From positions 24,800,001 through 24,864,000 of the forward strand of contig NC_043005.1 in NCBI RefSeq assembly GCF_006345805.1: DNA of 64,000 nt, written 5' to 3'. The notes beneath the pieces are model-generated. The model did no database searches and had not been told where the DNA came from. It saw only the letters and a list, made by a program, of their open reading frames with translations. This DNA comes from Octopus sinensis. Taxonomy: Eukaryota. Made by a program: the position numbers and the translations under genes. This document shows, piece by piece, positions 38,692 to 52,069 of this stretch (the first letter of the stretch is position 1; the number at the start of each line of letters is the position of its first letter).

Positions 38692-38841
38692 CTCTACATT
38701 ACTGAGGAAGCCATTACGTGGTCGCTTGACTATCCATGACTATCAATACTTTTGCCAGCCCCACATTTCCAAGACGATAAGATGATTACTATTTGTATCA
38801 AGGTGTGTGATTGTATAGAAGCTCATTCATTATTATTATTA

Positions 38842-40040
38842 AAGCGCTGAGCTGGCAGAACCGTGACCACGCTGGGCGAAATGCTTGGCGGTATTTCGTC
38901 TGCCGTTACGTTCTGAGTTCAAATTCCGCCGAGGTCGACTTTGCCTTTCATCGTTTCGGGGTCGATTAAACAAGTATTAGTTACGCACTGGGGTCGATAT
39001 AATCGACTTAATCCGTTTGTCTGTCCTTGTTCGTCCCCTCTGTGTTTAGGCCCTTTTGGGTAGTAAAGAAATAGGTATTTCATCTGCCGCTACGTTCTGA
39101 GTTTAAATTCCGCCGAGGTCGACTTTGCCTTTCATCCTTTCGGGGTCGATTAAATAAGTACCAATTACGCACTAGGGTGGATATAATCGACTTAATCTGT
39201 TTGTCTGTCCTTGTTCGTCCCCTTTGTGTTTAGCCCCTTGTGGGTAGTAAAGAAATAGAAATAGGTATTTCGTCTGTCTTTATATTCTGAGTTCAAATTC
39301 CGCCGAGGTTGACTTTGCCTTTTTTCATCCTTTCGGGATCGATAAATTAAGTACCTGTTACATACTGGGTCGATTTAATCGACTATCTCCCTCCCCCAAA
39401 TTTCAGGTCTTGTGCCTATGATAGAAGGGATTATTGTTAAGGCGGTGAACCGGCAAAATCGTTAGCACGCCTGAAAACAAAATGCATAGCACCATTTCTT
39501 CTACCTTTTGGATTTGAGTTCAAATTCTGCTGAGGTTGACTTTGTTTTTCATCCTTTTGGGATTGATAAGATAAGGACCAGTTAAGCACTGGGAGTTGAT
39601 GGAGATGACTAGCTCCCCTCCCCTAAATCTCAAGCCTTCTAGCTGGCAGAAACGTTAGCACGCCGGGCAAAATGCTTTGTGGTATTTCGTCCGTCGCTGC
39701 GTTCTGAGTTCAAATTCCGCCGAGGTCGACTTTACCTTTCATCCTTTCGGGGTCGATGAATTAAGTACCAGTTACGCATTGGGGTCGATGTAATCGACTA
39801 GTCTCCTCCTCCCAAACCTGTGCCTTTATAGTAAAAAGGATTATTGTTATTATTATTATCATTATTATTATTAAGGCAGCAAACTGGCAGATTCGTTAGC
39901 ATGCCGGACAAAAGGCTTAGCATTATTTCGTCTGTCTTTACGTTCTGAGTTCAAATTCCGACTAAGCCTTTTATCCTTCTCTGGTCGAGGAAATAAATAC
40001 TAGTTGATTACTGGTCTCGATGCAATCGACTATCCTACTC
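38842..40040 (+). mobile_element. Head-to-tail cluster of SINE family A (trimer 38842-39430 plus copies at 39441, 39641, 39874)
   Basis: Six body units in the same orientation. Confidence 0.9.
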
Positions 40041-40967
40041 CTCTTCCTCTAGAGGTACTCTAACCATGACCATCTCATCTTTTTTGACTACGTAGTGTGT
40101 AGTCTTCTTTACTGAAGAAGATGACTGTGTGGCGTGGTATGAGGGAGTTTGAGCTATTATTTCTAACGGCTTCTTACTAGTATAATTACTAAGTAATAGC
40201 AGCCTTTGTTGTGTTGTTTAGTTGGAAGAAGTCTGTTATAATGACTTGGGTGGACCCCAAGATGGATTTAGTGGTGGAGGTTAGTGCTTACGATAGAGGT
40301 TGATCAAACGATGGTGGGTGGTAGTTGGTGTGACAATAGTGGGACCAGTAAAGGGGACATCCTATGGTAGTTTATTAACTTGCTACATTAATTTGTGTTT
40401 ATCCGGAAGTGTGGGTTTCCCTCTTTTTAAACAATTTCTGATCACTTATCATTTGCACATCTACAGTGTATTATATGTATGTGTGTATGTATGTGTGTAT
40501 GTATGTGTGTATGTATGTATGTGTGTATGTATGTGTGTATGTGTGTGTATGTATGTATGTATGTATGTCTGTCTGTCTGTCTATAATAGGCAGGATGTAT
40601 ATTCAGGAAGTGGCACTACTAATATTACATATTTTTTCTTTCCCATAGTGTACACACACACACACACACACACATACACACACTCCCGTGCGCATTTGAA
40701 AATGGCATTTTATCAAGCATTGTACGAACTTCATGTAATGTTTCGCACGTTTCACAAATGACACTGTTTTGTCTGTCTGTCTATCTATCTATCTATCTTA
40801 TCTATCTATCTATCCGTCTACCAAATCCACTTTGGTCGGCTATGTTTTGCGTCTGTGTACTTTAGAGTGTCTGTATGTCTATGTATGTGTTTGTATATAT
40901 TTATGTACACCTGTATGCGTTAGCATGTCTGTATTGTCTTTACATATTTGTGTATATCTTTGTGTGT

Positions 40968-41001
<34 letters not shown>

Positions 41002-41749
41002 TGTATCTCCTTTTCTGTTTTTGTTAATGCCTTAGAAAAGTAACCTTGACCCTTTATAGGGTCTCCGAGACTGGTGGTAGCAAAGGAGAAAATTATTCCC
41101 AGACCAAAGATTGGGCTTGAACTCTTGTAACAGAATAGACCACTGCGGGTATCCAAGGGCCAAGTGTTGGTATTAAACAAGTTTACAGATTTTGTGTGTA
41201 TTTATGTGTGTGTGGTGTATGTGAATATATATGTATATACGTGTGTGTATATGTGTGAATGTCTTAGTGCGTATGTGAGTATGGATGTGTATGAGGTTAA
41301 GTACACGTCTCAAATGGAAACAGTTCAGATGAAAAATCTAATTACTTAAGCAGTACCGTTTAATTAGATGTCGTTAACCAAAGCTAAGTCATTAAAAGTG
41401 AGACTAAATCAGAAACATTTTGATTGAAACCAGGCCCCACCACATGCTCCCTTCCACACAGCTTTAGTCTTCTATTATGTTTCCGTTTATACAAATGCTT
41501 TAAAGATGTTGACCTTCCCCCCCTTGAGTCTAATATACACTTCTAGCAAAGTGACCGATAATATAATTAATTTCGTGCGCTAAGGAATTTAAATTAATTA
41601 GAATTACGGCTTTTGTTGTTACCATCCCTCAGTCTTGAAAAACTGTGGAGTGTCCCTGTGGTGGGGAATGAAGAATAACTCCTGAAATGTCTGTTAGGTC
41701 CTGTTCTCAACCTCCCTGCTGCCTCAGTCGCGCGCGCGTGTGTGTGTAT

Positions 41750-41796
<47 letters not shown>

Positions 41797-41806
41797 TATA
41801 TATATG

Positions 41807-41838
<32 letters not shown>

Positions 41839-41949
41839 AATATATATATATATTGTGCCTGTATGTGTGTGTAATGCAGGTGCACGTAACTTTGTTGATA
41901 GAACAACTGAATACACATCGTCGAACGACAAAAATCCACCCTCGCCGCA

Positions 41950-41982
<33 letters not shown>

Positions 41983-42349
41983 GTGTGTGTGTGTGTGTGT
42001 CTGAATTGACAACCGATGCTGGTGTGTTTATGTGTTCAAAAGTTTGTCGTAAGTGAAACAAAGTGTGGTTGCTAACATGACATGTTGTTGAGTCCTGTTG
42101 AAGCCATGTGTTGCTTTTTTCATTCTCCGTTAGCTGCTCAACAAACTGATCAACTATCTAACAATATCGTTCCGAATTCAAGGTTTCTTGGGGAAAAAAA
42201 TCGGTCCTACTATTCTTCGCCTGCTGATAGCCATCTATATACTAATCTTCACTGCATGTTAGGGTGGTGATTCGACAAACACGTGAGGATTAAGTGCACT
42301 CTAGATGTATCCCGATAGGTGAATCCAAGCCTCGTCACTGAAGAAAGTC

Positions 42350-42530
42350 ATGTCAATCAGTGAGAGCTAATCTGAGCCAATCAGAGAGAGCCAATATTTT
42401 GACAGTTAATCAACCGAGTCAACTTTTAAATTGAACTCCCTGTATAACGTAGTGAGTCACCGGTGACTTCCGTGGCGGAGACTGTTTTAAGACAGTTTTC
42501 GTTGTCGCTGTTTTCGTATGTTGTATGTTG
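42350..42530 (+). promoter_or_regulatory. Candidate CCAAT/ETS-motif regulatory element
   Basis: Two AGCCAAT boxes (~42375, ~42388), TGAGTCA, palindrome AGTCACCGGTGACT and ACTTCCG. Motif evidence only. Confidence 0.25.
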
Positions 42531-42745
42531 ACATATATAAATTTGAAGAGTCTTCATACAAATGCTGAATTTTTTCTGAATCCGTCTGTTTTAGATTCCT
42601 TCAATGTCTTGACACTGTTTACAATATTGCTTATGGAAGTTTGCAGTGAGAAAAAATAACTTTTGTTATGACAAGAGAAAGCTCTGCGAATTCTTTGCAG
42701 AATCTGGACTTCATTTTGTCAAACTTTCTGTCTGTCTGTCTGTCT

Positions 42746-42802
<57 letters not shown>

Positions 42803-43144
42803 TTATTTTGGTGAGTTTATTAGATTCCACGTATTTCATTTTACATGTGTTTAAAATGTGTGGGTGAATTGGTAACGATGATAAATCGCGCCCCCTGTGT
42901 CATGTACCAAGTCTTGATTACTCTTTTACTGCATGAAATAAAGATAACATTGACTGCACCTATTTACTAAAACGAAACCTCCTCCAAAATATCACAGCAT
43001 AAATGCTTTTATTTAATATACAGTTTTGATTAAGATGTGTGTATATATATATGGGTGGGCCCAAGAACAAGCATCTTAATAGACAGCTTTTATTTTTCGA
43101 AATAAACATTGAAGATTAACATCTGAATCACATCACTCTCTTTA

Positions 43145-43517
43145 TTCTCTCTTTTACTCTTTTATTTGTTTCAGTCATTTGACTGCGGCCATGCTGGAGC
43201 ACCTTATTCTTTTGTAAGCCCAGTACTTATTCTATCGGTTTCTTTTGCCGAACCGCTAAGTAACGGGGGACATAAACACACCAGCATCGGTTGTCAAGCA
43301 ATGCTAGGGGGGACCAAACACAGACACACAAACACACACACACGCATATATATACGACGGGCTTCTTTCAGTTTCCGTCTACCAAATCCACTCACAAGGC
43401 TTTGGTCGGACCGAGGCTAGAGTAGAAGACACTTGCCCAAGGTGCCACGCATGGGACTGAACCCGGAAGCATGTCGTTGGTACACAAGCTACTTACCACA
43501 CAGCCACTCCTGCGTCT
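43145..43517 (-). mobile_element. SINE family C
   Basis: Consensus match. Confidence 0.9.
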
Positions 43518-44035
43518 ATCACATTTATCTTTCATTCGTCTGTAGTCGTTTACACAATATATGGGCTATTTACATCTGAATTATAGAGCAAGTGTTTGAT
43601 TGAGTTTTCTGACAATTGTCTGTTTTTTTTTCTTCTTAGTATAAATTAGTCAGAGGAAGTATGGTTCCATTGATGACCTCTTTTTCTGGCTCTTCAAATC
43701 TAGTAGCAGGAAGTGATGAAGTTGTCCTTTGATGGAAGATATAGCTCAGGTGTTGTCAACAGAGTGAACTCTGCTAGCAATACCCAGTTTTCAGATGACA
43801 ATGTTAAACCGAACGACTGATTAAATCTGTCTCTCGAATATAGACCCGATCCTTTCAACGAGATTCCTTAAACATTTCGAAAATGTCCACAAAATTTCAC
43901 TCATAATTTGTAATTGTGTTAATGCGGCATCTGGTAGAAAGCATTTGCACAGGATACTGTACAGTGGACATTGAACCAGAAACCACATGGTTATGAAGCA
44001 AACTTAACGAAACAGCCACGCTTGCATTTTGAGTG

Positions 44036-44423
44036 GTGGTGGAAGCACTCCGTCGGTTACGACGACGAGGGTTCCGGTTGATCCGAATCAACGGAACAGC
44101 CTGCTCGTGAAATTAACGTGTAAGTGGCTGAGCACTCCACAGACACGTGTACCCTTAACGTAGTTCTCGGGGATATTCAGCGTGACAAAGAGAGTGACAA
44201 GGCCGGCCCTTTGAAATACAGGTACAACAGAAACAGGAAGTAAGAGTGAGAGAAAGTTGTGGTGAAAGAGTACTGCAGGGATCACCACCATCCCTGCAGG
44301 AGCCTCGTGGACCTTTAGGTGTTTTCGCTCAATAACCACTCACAACGCCCGGTCTGGGAATCGAAACCGCGATCCTACGACCGCGAGTCCGCTGCCCTAA
44401 CCAATGGGCCATTGCGCCTCCAC
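44036..44423 (-). mobile_element. SINE family B, full length
   Basis: Matches 5226-5610; TSD GCATTTTGAGT. Confidence 0.9.
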
Positions 44424-45247
44424 GCATTTTGAGTATAACTCTCCACTCGAGTGAAGTAGTGAATGAATTTTATGAATGAAATATTTCCGTATCCTGATGG
44501 ACTAGGAATTGAAATTTGAAATACTATCTTCTACCGAACATGGCAACATAACGGTTATTGACCGACTTAGATAAGGGCTCTCAGGACACTAGCGACATTT
44601 GTGTCAATAAGAAAAGATTTTTGATGGAAGGGGAATGAGTTTATATTATTACTAATATACGTAAAGGAGGGTCACCATTTGTATTTGGTGTTCAGTGTAT
44701 CTAGTGCAAAGCACTTAACACACGGGTGCACGCACGTACATACCTGTGTGTGTGTGTGCGCGCGCGCAGACTGGTTTTAGCAAGAATTCTGGGATTAGGT
44801 CACGGTTGTGGTGGTGGTGGGGAGAGAGAGAGAGAGAGAGAGAGAGAATGGGCTCAGATGGAAGGACATCAATAGATGGGCGAAAATGGTAGAAAATGGT
44901 AGAAAACTAATTGCAATAGAAATTTTCTAAACGGAACAAGGACTTGATTGACGAAAAAAGAAGGCAAAACAAGGACTGATGGAAATACCTCTCATTAGCC
45001 ATGGCAATTTAGACTACAGGCGCAGTTTCGGCACGTTTCAAGTCCGAAGACTTTAAGTTCAAATTGCGCAAATGATATAGTGAATATCACTGACGTAATG
45101 AAAAAATATGAGCAAAACATAAGACGACGGAATGTTGCAAGGCATCTCTTGCGATGCTCTTGACTACACTGCCAGCTCGCCGCCTTTATATTCTACCTTT
45201 ATATGAGATATTATCTCTTATTTTGAGTCATTATTTAAATGAAACAA

Positions 45248-45960
45248 GGCAGCGAGCTGGCGGAATCGTTAGCACGCCGGGTGAAACGCTTAGCGGCATT
45301 CCGTCCGTCCTTACGTTCTGAGTTCAAATTCCGCCGGGGTGGACTTTGTCTTTCATCCTTTTGGGGTCAATAAAATAAGTACAGGTCAAGAACTGGTCTC
45401 CTTCAAATTCCAGGCCTTGTGCCTGTTATACAGAAAGGATTATTTAAATGAAACAAGGCAGCTAGCTAGCTGAACCGTTAGTACTTCGAGCAAAACGCTT
45501 TACGGCATTTCGTCTTCAAATTCCGCCGAAGTCGAACTTGCCTTTCATCCTTTCGGGATCAACAAAATAAGTGCCAGTGAAGTACTGGGGTCGATATAAT
45601 CGCCATACCCCAGTGCTAAAATTTGAAAGCTTTTTTTAACTGGCGAGTTTGCAGGCTCGTTAGCGCACCGAAAAAATATGCTTAGCAATATTTCTTCCGG
45701 TTTTTCAAGTTCTGCTTTCATTTACCCCTGAGGTCGACCTTGTCTTGTACTCTTTCGCGGTCGATCGATTTCCTCTCCCGCCAAAATTATTGGCCTTTTG
45801 TCAAAATTACAAAGTATTATTTAACTGGAATTGTAGGGTTGTGGACTGCAGAACAGGCAGAGCTTCGGATAAAAATTGCTTGCAGTATTTAATTACGACC
45901 CTTTACGTTCTGAGCTCAAATGCTACCAAGATTTGACTCTTATCTCTGAACCCTCTGGTG
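45248..45960 (+). mobile_element. Tandem diverged SINE family A copies
   Basis: Copies at 45248, 45457 and ~45640; ATTATTTAAATGAAACAAGGCAGC duplicated. Confidence 0.8.
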
Positions 45961-45988
45961 TCGTTATCAAAATTAAGTTGATACGATT

Positions 45989-46109
45989 TTATATTTAAGA
46001 GATGAGGAATTATGTACATTATTTACATTTGACGATATTTGTCCTCATCTTGTTTCGCGTAGTGGTTAAGAGCGCGGGCTACAAACTCCAAGATTCCGAG
46101 TTCGATTCC

Positions 46110-46140
<31 letters not shown>

Positions 46141-46266
46141 TCAAAAAATACCTTAGGAATGAGGAATTATGTACATTATTTACATTTGACGATATTTGTC
46201 CTCATCTTGTTTCGCGTAGTGGTTAAGAGCGCGGGCTACAAACTCCAAGATTCCGAGTTCGATTCC

Positions 46267-46300
<34 letters not shown>

Positions 46301-46440
46301 TCAAAAAATACCTTAGGAATGAGAATCCAGGTTCGAAATTTTCCCAAGACACCTGATGAAGGCTGGAGGGTATATCAGCTGAAACGTTGTGTTAACAACA
46401 AACAAGATGAGGACAAATATCCGTCAAATGTAAATAATAT
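45989..46440 (+). mobile_element. tRNA-head/hammerhead element with inverted tail and an internal ~157 bp tandem duplication
   Basis: [inverted tail + tRNA head + (AAT)n] x2, then HHR and tail; AGTTGATA on both flanks (possible TSD). Confidence 0.85.
46348..46393 (+). ncRNA. Minimal type I hammerhead ribozyme motif (PLE-type)
   Basis: GACAC-CTGATGA-A-GGCTG[GAGGGTATAT]CAGCT-GAAA-CGT-T-GTGTT: stem I GACAC/GTGTT, 5-bp stem II, loop-less palindromic stem III. Confidence 0.75.
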
Positions 46441-47385
46441 TCAGTTGATATACTGAGGTTTGTGTGATGCAGTTTGACCAGCGACTGGAAAGAGGGACTC
46501 AGGCAACAACCATGATAATAAGGACGAAGCACATGTTAACTCTCAACTACCATAATTTCTCTCACTGACGCATCCACACTTCTGTGACAATGACTCACAG
46601 CTTAAGACGAGAATAAAGAACATTTTGTTACTGTTAGTTCTTTCCTTCCTTCTTTTTTGGGCGATGTCTTTTAAACTCTGGGTCAGCCATCAATCTACCC
46701 ACCGCTCGTTCCCCCTCTTTACCGCGCGCTCTCTGTCCGCCTAACTCTTCTCTTCTCTTCCTGTCTTTGCTCTGTCTGTCTCTTTGCCTCCTCTCTCAGG
46801 CCCTAATTTTGTCTGTATCTCTTTCTCACCCACCCTTTTCTCACTTTCTTTCTCTCTTTGTCTCCAGTTCTTTCTCTATAATGGGCGATGTCTTCTAAAC
46901 TCTGTCAACCTTCACTTTCTCCCTCTTTCCACTTCATCTTCTGTGAAGTGTTTGTTTGTTTCCTCTGGCTCCATGTGGAGATTGTGTCCACATCATTATT
47001 TAACATTAACGAAAATTGTGTTGAGTGGGTGGGCGTTACCAAAGCAATAAACAAACCAACACATTGGAATATACAGAAAATTCGTGTTTGTAGGTATGGG
47101 TGCATGTGTATCGGAATGATTGTATGTATTTACATATTTCGTGTGTGTGTGTGTGTGTTTGAATTCCTTAATCAGACGAAGGTACATAAACATACACATA
47201 CATAAACATGTATACACAAAAAATGCATAAACACAAATAATTCAGCTATGGAAAAAAAAAAAAAAAATTACAGAAATTGCCGAACAAATTTTCAGGTTTG
47301 ATATACTTTCTCCGAAAGATCGTCAGTAAGATTTTTTGTTTTTTCCACTTTTAAAACTTGTCCAACATCATGGCGAAGAAAGAAT

Positions 47386-48484
47386 GGTGGAGCTGGACGA
47401 CGGTCCACCCTCCCCGCCGCCAAACAAAAACCGAGCTTTCGGAATTTTTCTTTTTTTTTTCTTCTTAGCGGATTCTTAGGTTTTCAATGACGGAGATTCC
47501 GCATATCAAAAAATCACATTTTTAAAATTTTAAATTCGACCCCACCAAATTTTTAAATTTTAAACATTTTTCGAATTTTTTTTTTTTACAATCTTATTTC
47601 TTTATTGTCCACAAGGGGCTAAACATAGAGGGGACAAATAAGGATAGACAAAGGGATTCTGTCGATTACATCGACCCAGTGCGTAACTGGTACTTAATCT
47701 ATCGACCCCTAAAGGATGAAAGGCAAAGTCGAACTCGGCGGAATTTGAACTCAGAACGTAGCGGCAGACGAAATACCTATTTCTTTATTACCCATAAGGG
47801 GCTAAACATAGAAGGGACAAACAAGGACAGACATAGTCGATTACATCGACTCCAGTGCGTAACTGGTACTTAATTTATCGACCCCGAAAGGATGAAAGGC
47901 AAAGTCGATCTCAGCGGAATTTGAACTCACGACGTAACGACAGACGAAATACGGCTGCGCATTTCGCCCGGCATGTTAACGTTTCTGTCAGCTCGCCGCC
48001 TTGATGCGGCGGGAAAATTCGGAGATTAACAATATCGTGTTTGGTTCTATGAGAATCGTTTACCTTTAAAGCGAAAAAACTAGACCGACGTATACAACAG
48101 GTATGTAAAACATGCTGTTTCACTTGTTTCAGCCGTTCATTTCAGTGTGCTATAGAGATTGTTGCGCACGCGCGCCTTTTTTTGCTGGGTGGCGAGAGGT
48201 GTGTGGATCAAATTTCGAGTTTCTCATAAAATTTGAAATTAATTAATTTTTTGTTTGCCATATTGTTGTTAATCTCCGTATTTTTACACGGAGATTAAAA
48301 AAATTTCGAAAAAGTTAAAAATTTGGGGATGGGGGAGAAATTTAAAATTTTGAAAACATGATTTTTTTTTGTATGTCCTGAATCTCTGTCATCAAAAACC
48401 AAGGAATCCGCTGAGAAAAAAAAAATTTCCGAAAACTTTTTTTTTGTGGGTGGGTGGGTCGGATGACTGTCGTCCTGTTCCACC
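47386..48484. mobile_element. Foldback DNA transposon with GG termini and 8-bp TSD (Merlin-like), with nested SINE
   Basis: TIR GGTGGA(GCT/ACA)GGACGAC...; long diverged inverted arms; TSD GAAAGAAT at 47378-47385 and 48485-48492. Confidence 0.85.
47594..48000 (-). mobile_element. SINE family A (dimeric) nested in the foldback element
   Basis: Consensus match. Confidence 0.9.
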
Positions 48485-49149
48485 GAAAGAATAATTATAA
48501 GGATGTGTCACTGCATCTACCAATAGTTGGTGATTACCTACTCCCGGAGAATGATACCTTTGTGCCACTCTCTCCAACCCATGGGTCTATTTGAATAGTA
48601 GTGCAAATCCTGCCACAGCCTCGTTTAGTCGCCTTTTGCGACACGCAGAGGAAACGTTGAGTCTATTCTTTGACGTGCCAATCCCGGAAGGATGGCGAAA
48701 ATTTTTAATGATAGCGAGGGCCTATGAAAAAAGGGAAGGGCCAGTTAGTACATCGGATCGGGGCCAATTTAAAGCTTATTTAGCTGTTATTTCTTTTAGC
48801 ACATCTCACGACCAGGGTACAAGCAACAAATAGGCACAAGCAACAGAACACAGTCAAAGCAAGTGGCATCGCGTAGAATATATTTGTTAACACGTGCTTT
48901 CTCGCAGACAAAAGCGTTTTCATGTTCCGCTTGTTACTATGGAAACAGGCATGAATGTATCTATGGCTTGCGATTAGCTAAAATTACCCCAAATGTTCAA
49001 ACTTTCATTGTTACTAACTATTTGTTGATTTATAGCGAAAATGATTTTCACGTCATTCATTAGCCCATAAAAGTGTATCAATACACCGAATATGAAATAA
49101 ATTCGAACAGAAAATTATGTCGGCAGCCAAACCAACTAGATCCATGTTT

Positions 49150-49320
49150 ATGTTTGTGTGTGTGTTTACGCCCCTATAAGCTAGCAGTTCGGCAAACAGA
49201 CCGATAGAATAAGTACCAGACTTAAAAGAGTAATGGAATTGATTTATTTGACTAAAAATTCTTCAAGGCGGTGCCCCAGCATGGCCGCACTCAAATGACA
49301 GCAATAAGATTTAAAATAAA
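49150..49320 (+). mobile_element. SINE family C tail fragment
   Basis: GACCGATAGAATAAGTACC...GGCGGTGCCCCAGCATGGCCGC. Confidence 0.75.
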
Positions 49321-49378
49321 AAAAAAAATGTCTGCTCAATCAGTGGGCGGTAGCAAACTAATTCATAACCCGGTCTAA

Positions 49379-49495
49379 CGCCTCCGCCGCCTTCGCCTCC
49401 GCCGCTTCGCCTCCGCCGCCTTCGCCTCCGCCGCCTTCGCCTCCGCCGCCTTCGCCTCCTCTGCCTCCTCTGCCTCCTCCTCCGCCTCCGCCACC
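49379..49495. repeat. GC-rich 15-bp minisatellite (GCCTCCGCCGCCTTC)n
   Basis: About 5 copies plus a degenerate CCT/CCG tail. Confidence 0.9.
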
Positions 49496-49910
49496 TGGTC
49501 CTTGAGTGCTTCTAACAGAGTCCGTCCTGTTGCAAATTGCGAATATCCCAAGCTAGGCATGAAGCCCAATCTCAGAGGACCTGTAAAAGATCATGAACAC
49601 TGTTCCTTCTTACAGATAAAAGAAATCTTTTTTTTTTTTAAAAAAACAAAAAACCTAATGCTCATGTTTTCCTCCTTGACGCCACCACTACAATAAGTGC
49701 GTAAGCCTCTAACAATGTGAGAAATCATCGTCACCGCCATCATCGTTGTCGCCGTCGTCGTCGTCGTCGTTGTCATGATCCTCATATTTACACATGAGAG
49801 ATAAAGACGATAATACTGAAACGATATGCGAAGACAAAACACGGGGGGCCTGTTTCAACTTTCAACCACACAACAGCTGTGAGAACACGGAAGTGTATTA
49901 TGAGAACGAT

Positions 49911-50177
49911 GAGAGAGAGAGAGAGAGATAAAGACAGATAGATTTAGAGAGAGAGAGAGAGAGAGAGAAATAAAGATAGGTAGATTTAGAGAGAGAGATA
50001 TAAAGACAAATAGATTTAGAGAGAGAGAGAGAGAGATAAAGACAGGTAGATTTAGAGAGAGAGAGAGAGAGATAAAGACAGAAATTTAGAGAGAGAGATA
50101 AAGACAGATTTAGAGAGAGAGAGAAGAGAGATAAAGACAGATAGATTTAGAGAGAGAGATATAAAGACAAATAGATT

Positions 50178-50265
<88 letters not shown>
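49911..50265. repeat. (GA)n-based minisatellite (GAGAGATAAAGACAGATAGATTTA) and pure (GA)n
   Basis: Directly visible. Confidence 0.95.
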
Positions 50266-50268
<3 letters not shown>

Positions 50269-51600
50269 CTTATTTGAAGACCGTACTCCAGTGAAAGGAA
50301 GATGTTGTAGGAGTGTACTTCAGGATAGAAAGAGATGAGAAATGTTACTTCAAGGGATGGGAGGTAAATAATTGCTAATATATATAATTGTATAAATAAA
50401 CTTCCTATTTAGTCATCCATCGTTTAATTTTCATTAGGAAACACCGCAACCACCAACGCAAACAGAATCTTCATCATACACACATGAAGTGTGTCTCTCT
50501 TTCTACAAAATTGTGGACGCACGTTCATATACTCACGAACAAGATTTCAACATTTACAGCTGCAGGTCTTACATAGATCGTCTTAAAAAGAATGTACAAA
50601 ACCAACTGAACTTGTAACTTAAACACAATAAATACAAGTTTTGCCGGCGCAAAACCTTCAAAAGTCACCTTGGATTTTGGCTTTTAATCACAACCTGGGT
50701 GACCTTGAAAATGTCTTCGTATTTTTCAAAAATCTGTTGAGAACAACTTTTGTTAACTTTTAAAGTGGCAGAAAAAAACTTTAAATTAATCCCAAGAAGA
50801 CAGTCAACAATAGCAATCTTCTTGGTTACTCTAGACGAGGAAGTAGAGGGTGGCCCTCTTTTAGCAATTAATATCAAAGAGAGAGGTGAGTTAAAAAGGC
50901 GAACAACAAGCCTCGGGCTTTCGAACACAGCATAATTTTTCCTGACGAGCCAAGTTTTTATCAATTTTTAAATAGTAGATCTACGTATATGGGTGTGGAG
51001 ATTATCTAGCCGATAGTTTGATGTAAACAAACAGCAATCAACAGTAAAAACTTGATGGTGTGTCTGTTATGGTTTGAGGTGCTGTCTAGAAAATTGGGAG
51101 ATTAGATTTTTATTTATTGTAGTGGTAACATTAATTAGTTCAGAGAAATATATTTCTCTTCTTGAAGACAAACTCAAATCAATATTCTCAAGTAGTCAAA
51201 TTAAAGCAAAAAAAAAACAAAAAAAAAAAAAACGCAGTTGTTTGTTCATAGACATAACTCAACTTCACACTGCTAAAACTACGAAAAGAAATGAGAGGAA
51301 CAAAAATAGTATTAAACAAACGATTTCTTTAGCCGAGTCAAGTTTCCTGACATGAACACCACAGAACACGTGTGAATAATACCATACAAATACTTCATGT
51401 TAAAAAAACAAAACAAAAGAAAAAACGGACAATACACAGCAACAGGACCAGAATTCTTAATAATCTATACTAGACATATCTCAGAAATATCACCAAGGCG
51501 AATTAATTCTAAGCCCAGACGAGTTGCTAGTTTTAAAAGTTAAGCTAAAGGAACGTCAACCAAATATTAATACTGAAACCTTAATTACTCGAATACTAAA

Positions 51601-51996
51601 GGCGGCGAGCTGGCAGAAACGTTAGCACGCCGGGCGAAATGCTTAGCGGTATTTCGTCTGCCGCTACGTTCTGAGTTCAGATTCCGCCGAGGTCGACTTT
51701 GCCTTTCACCCTTTCGGGGTCGATTAATTAAGTACCAGTTACGCACTGGGGTTGATATAATCGACTTAATCCGTTTGTCTGTCCTTGTTTGTCCTCTCTG
51801 TGTTTAGCCCCTTGTGGGTAGTAAATAAATAGGTATTTCGTCTGTCTTCACGTTCTGAGTTCAAATTCCGCCGAGGTCAACTTTGCCTTTCATGCTTTCA
51901 AGATCGATAAATTAAATACCAGTTGCATAACTGGGTCGATCTAATCGACTGGCCTCTTCTCCCAAAATTTCGGGCCTTGTGCCTAGAGTAGAAAAA
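51601..51996 (+). mobile_element. SINE family A (dimeric, young)
   Basis: Consensus match; TSD TCGAA(T/C)ACTAAA. Confidence 0.92.
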
Positions 51997-52069
51997 TATT
52001 TCGAACACTAAATTTCCAAATATATTTATTGCAGAAAAGTCTTGATATCTATTTCTTACATATCACTGG

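Noticed and set aside
50665-50964. 99-aa ORF in non-microsatellite sequence
   Set aside because: No recognisable motif; likely decayed transposon sequence and not supportable without a search.
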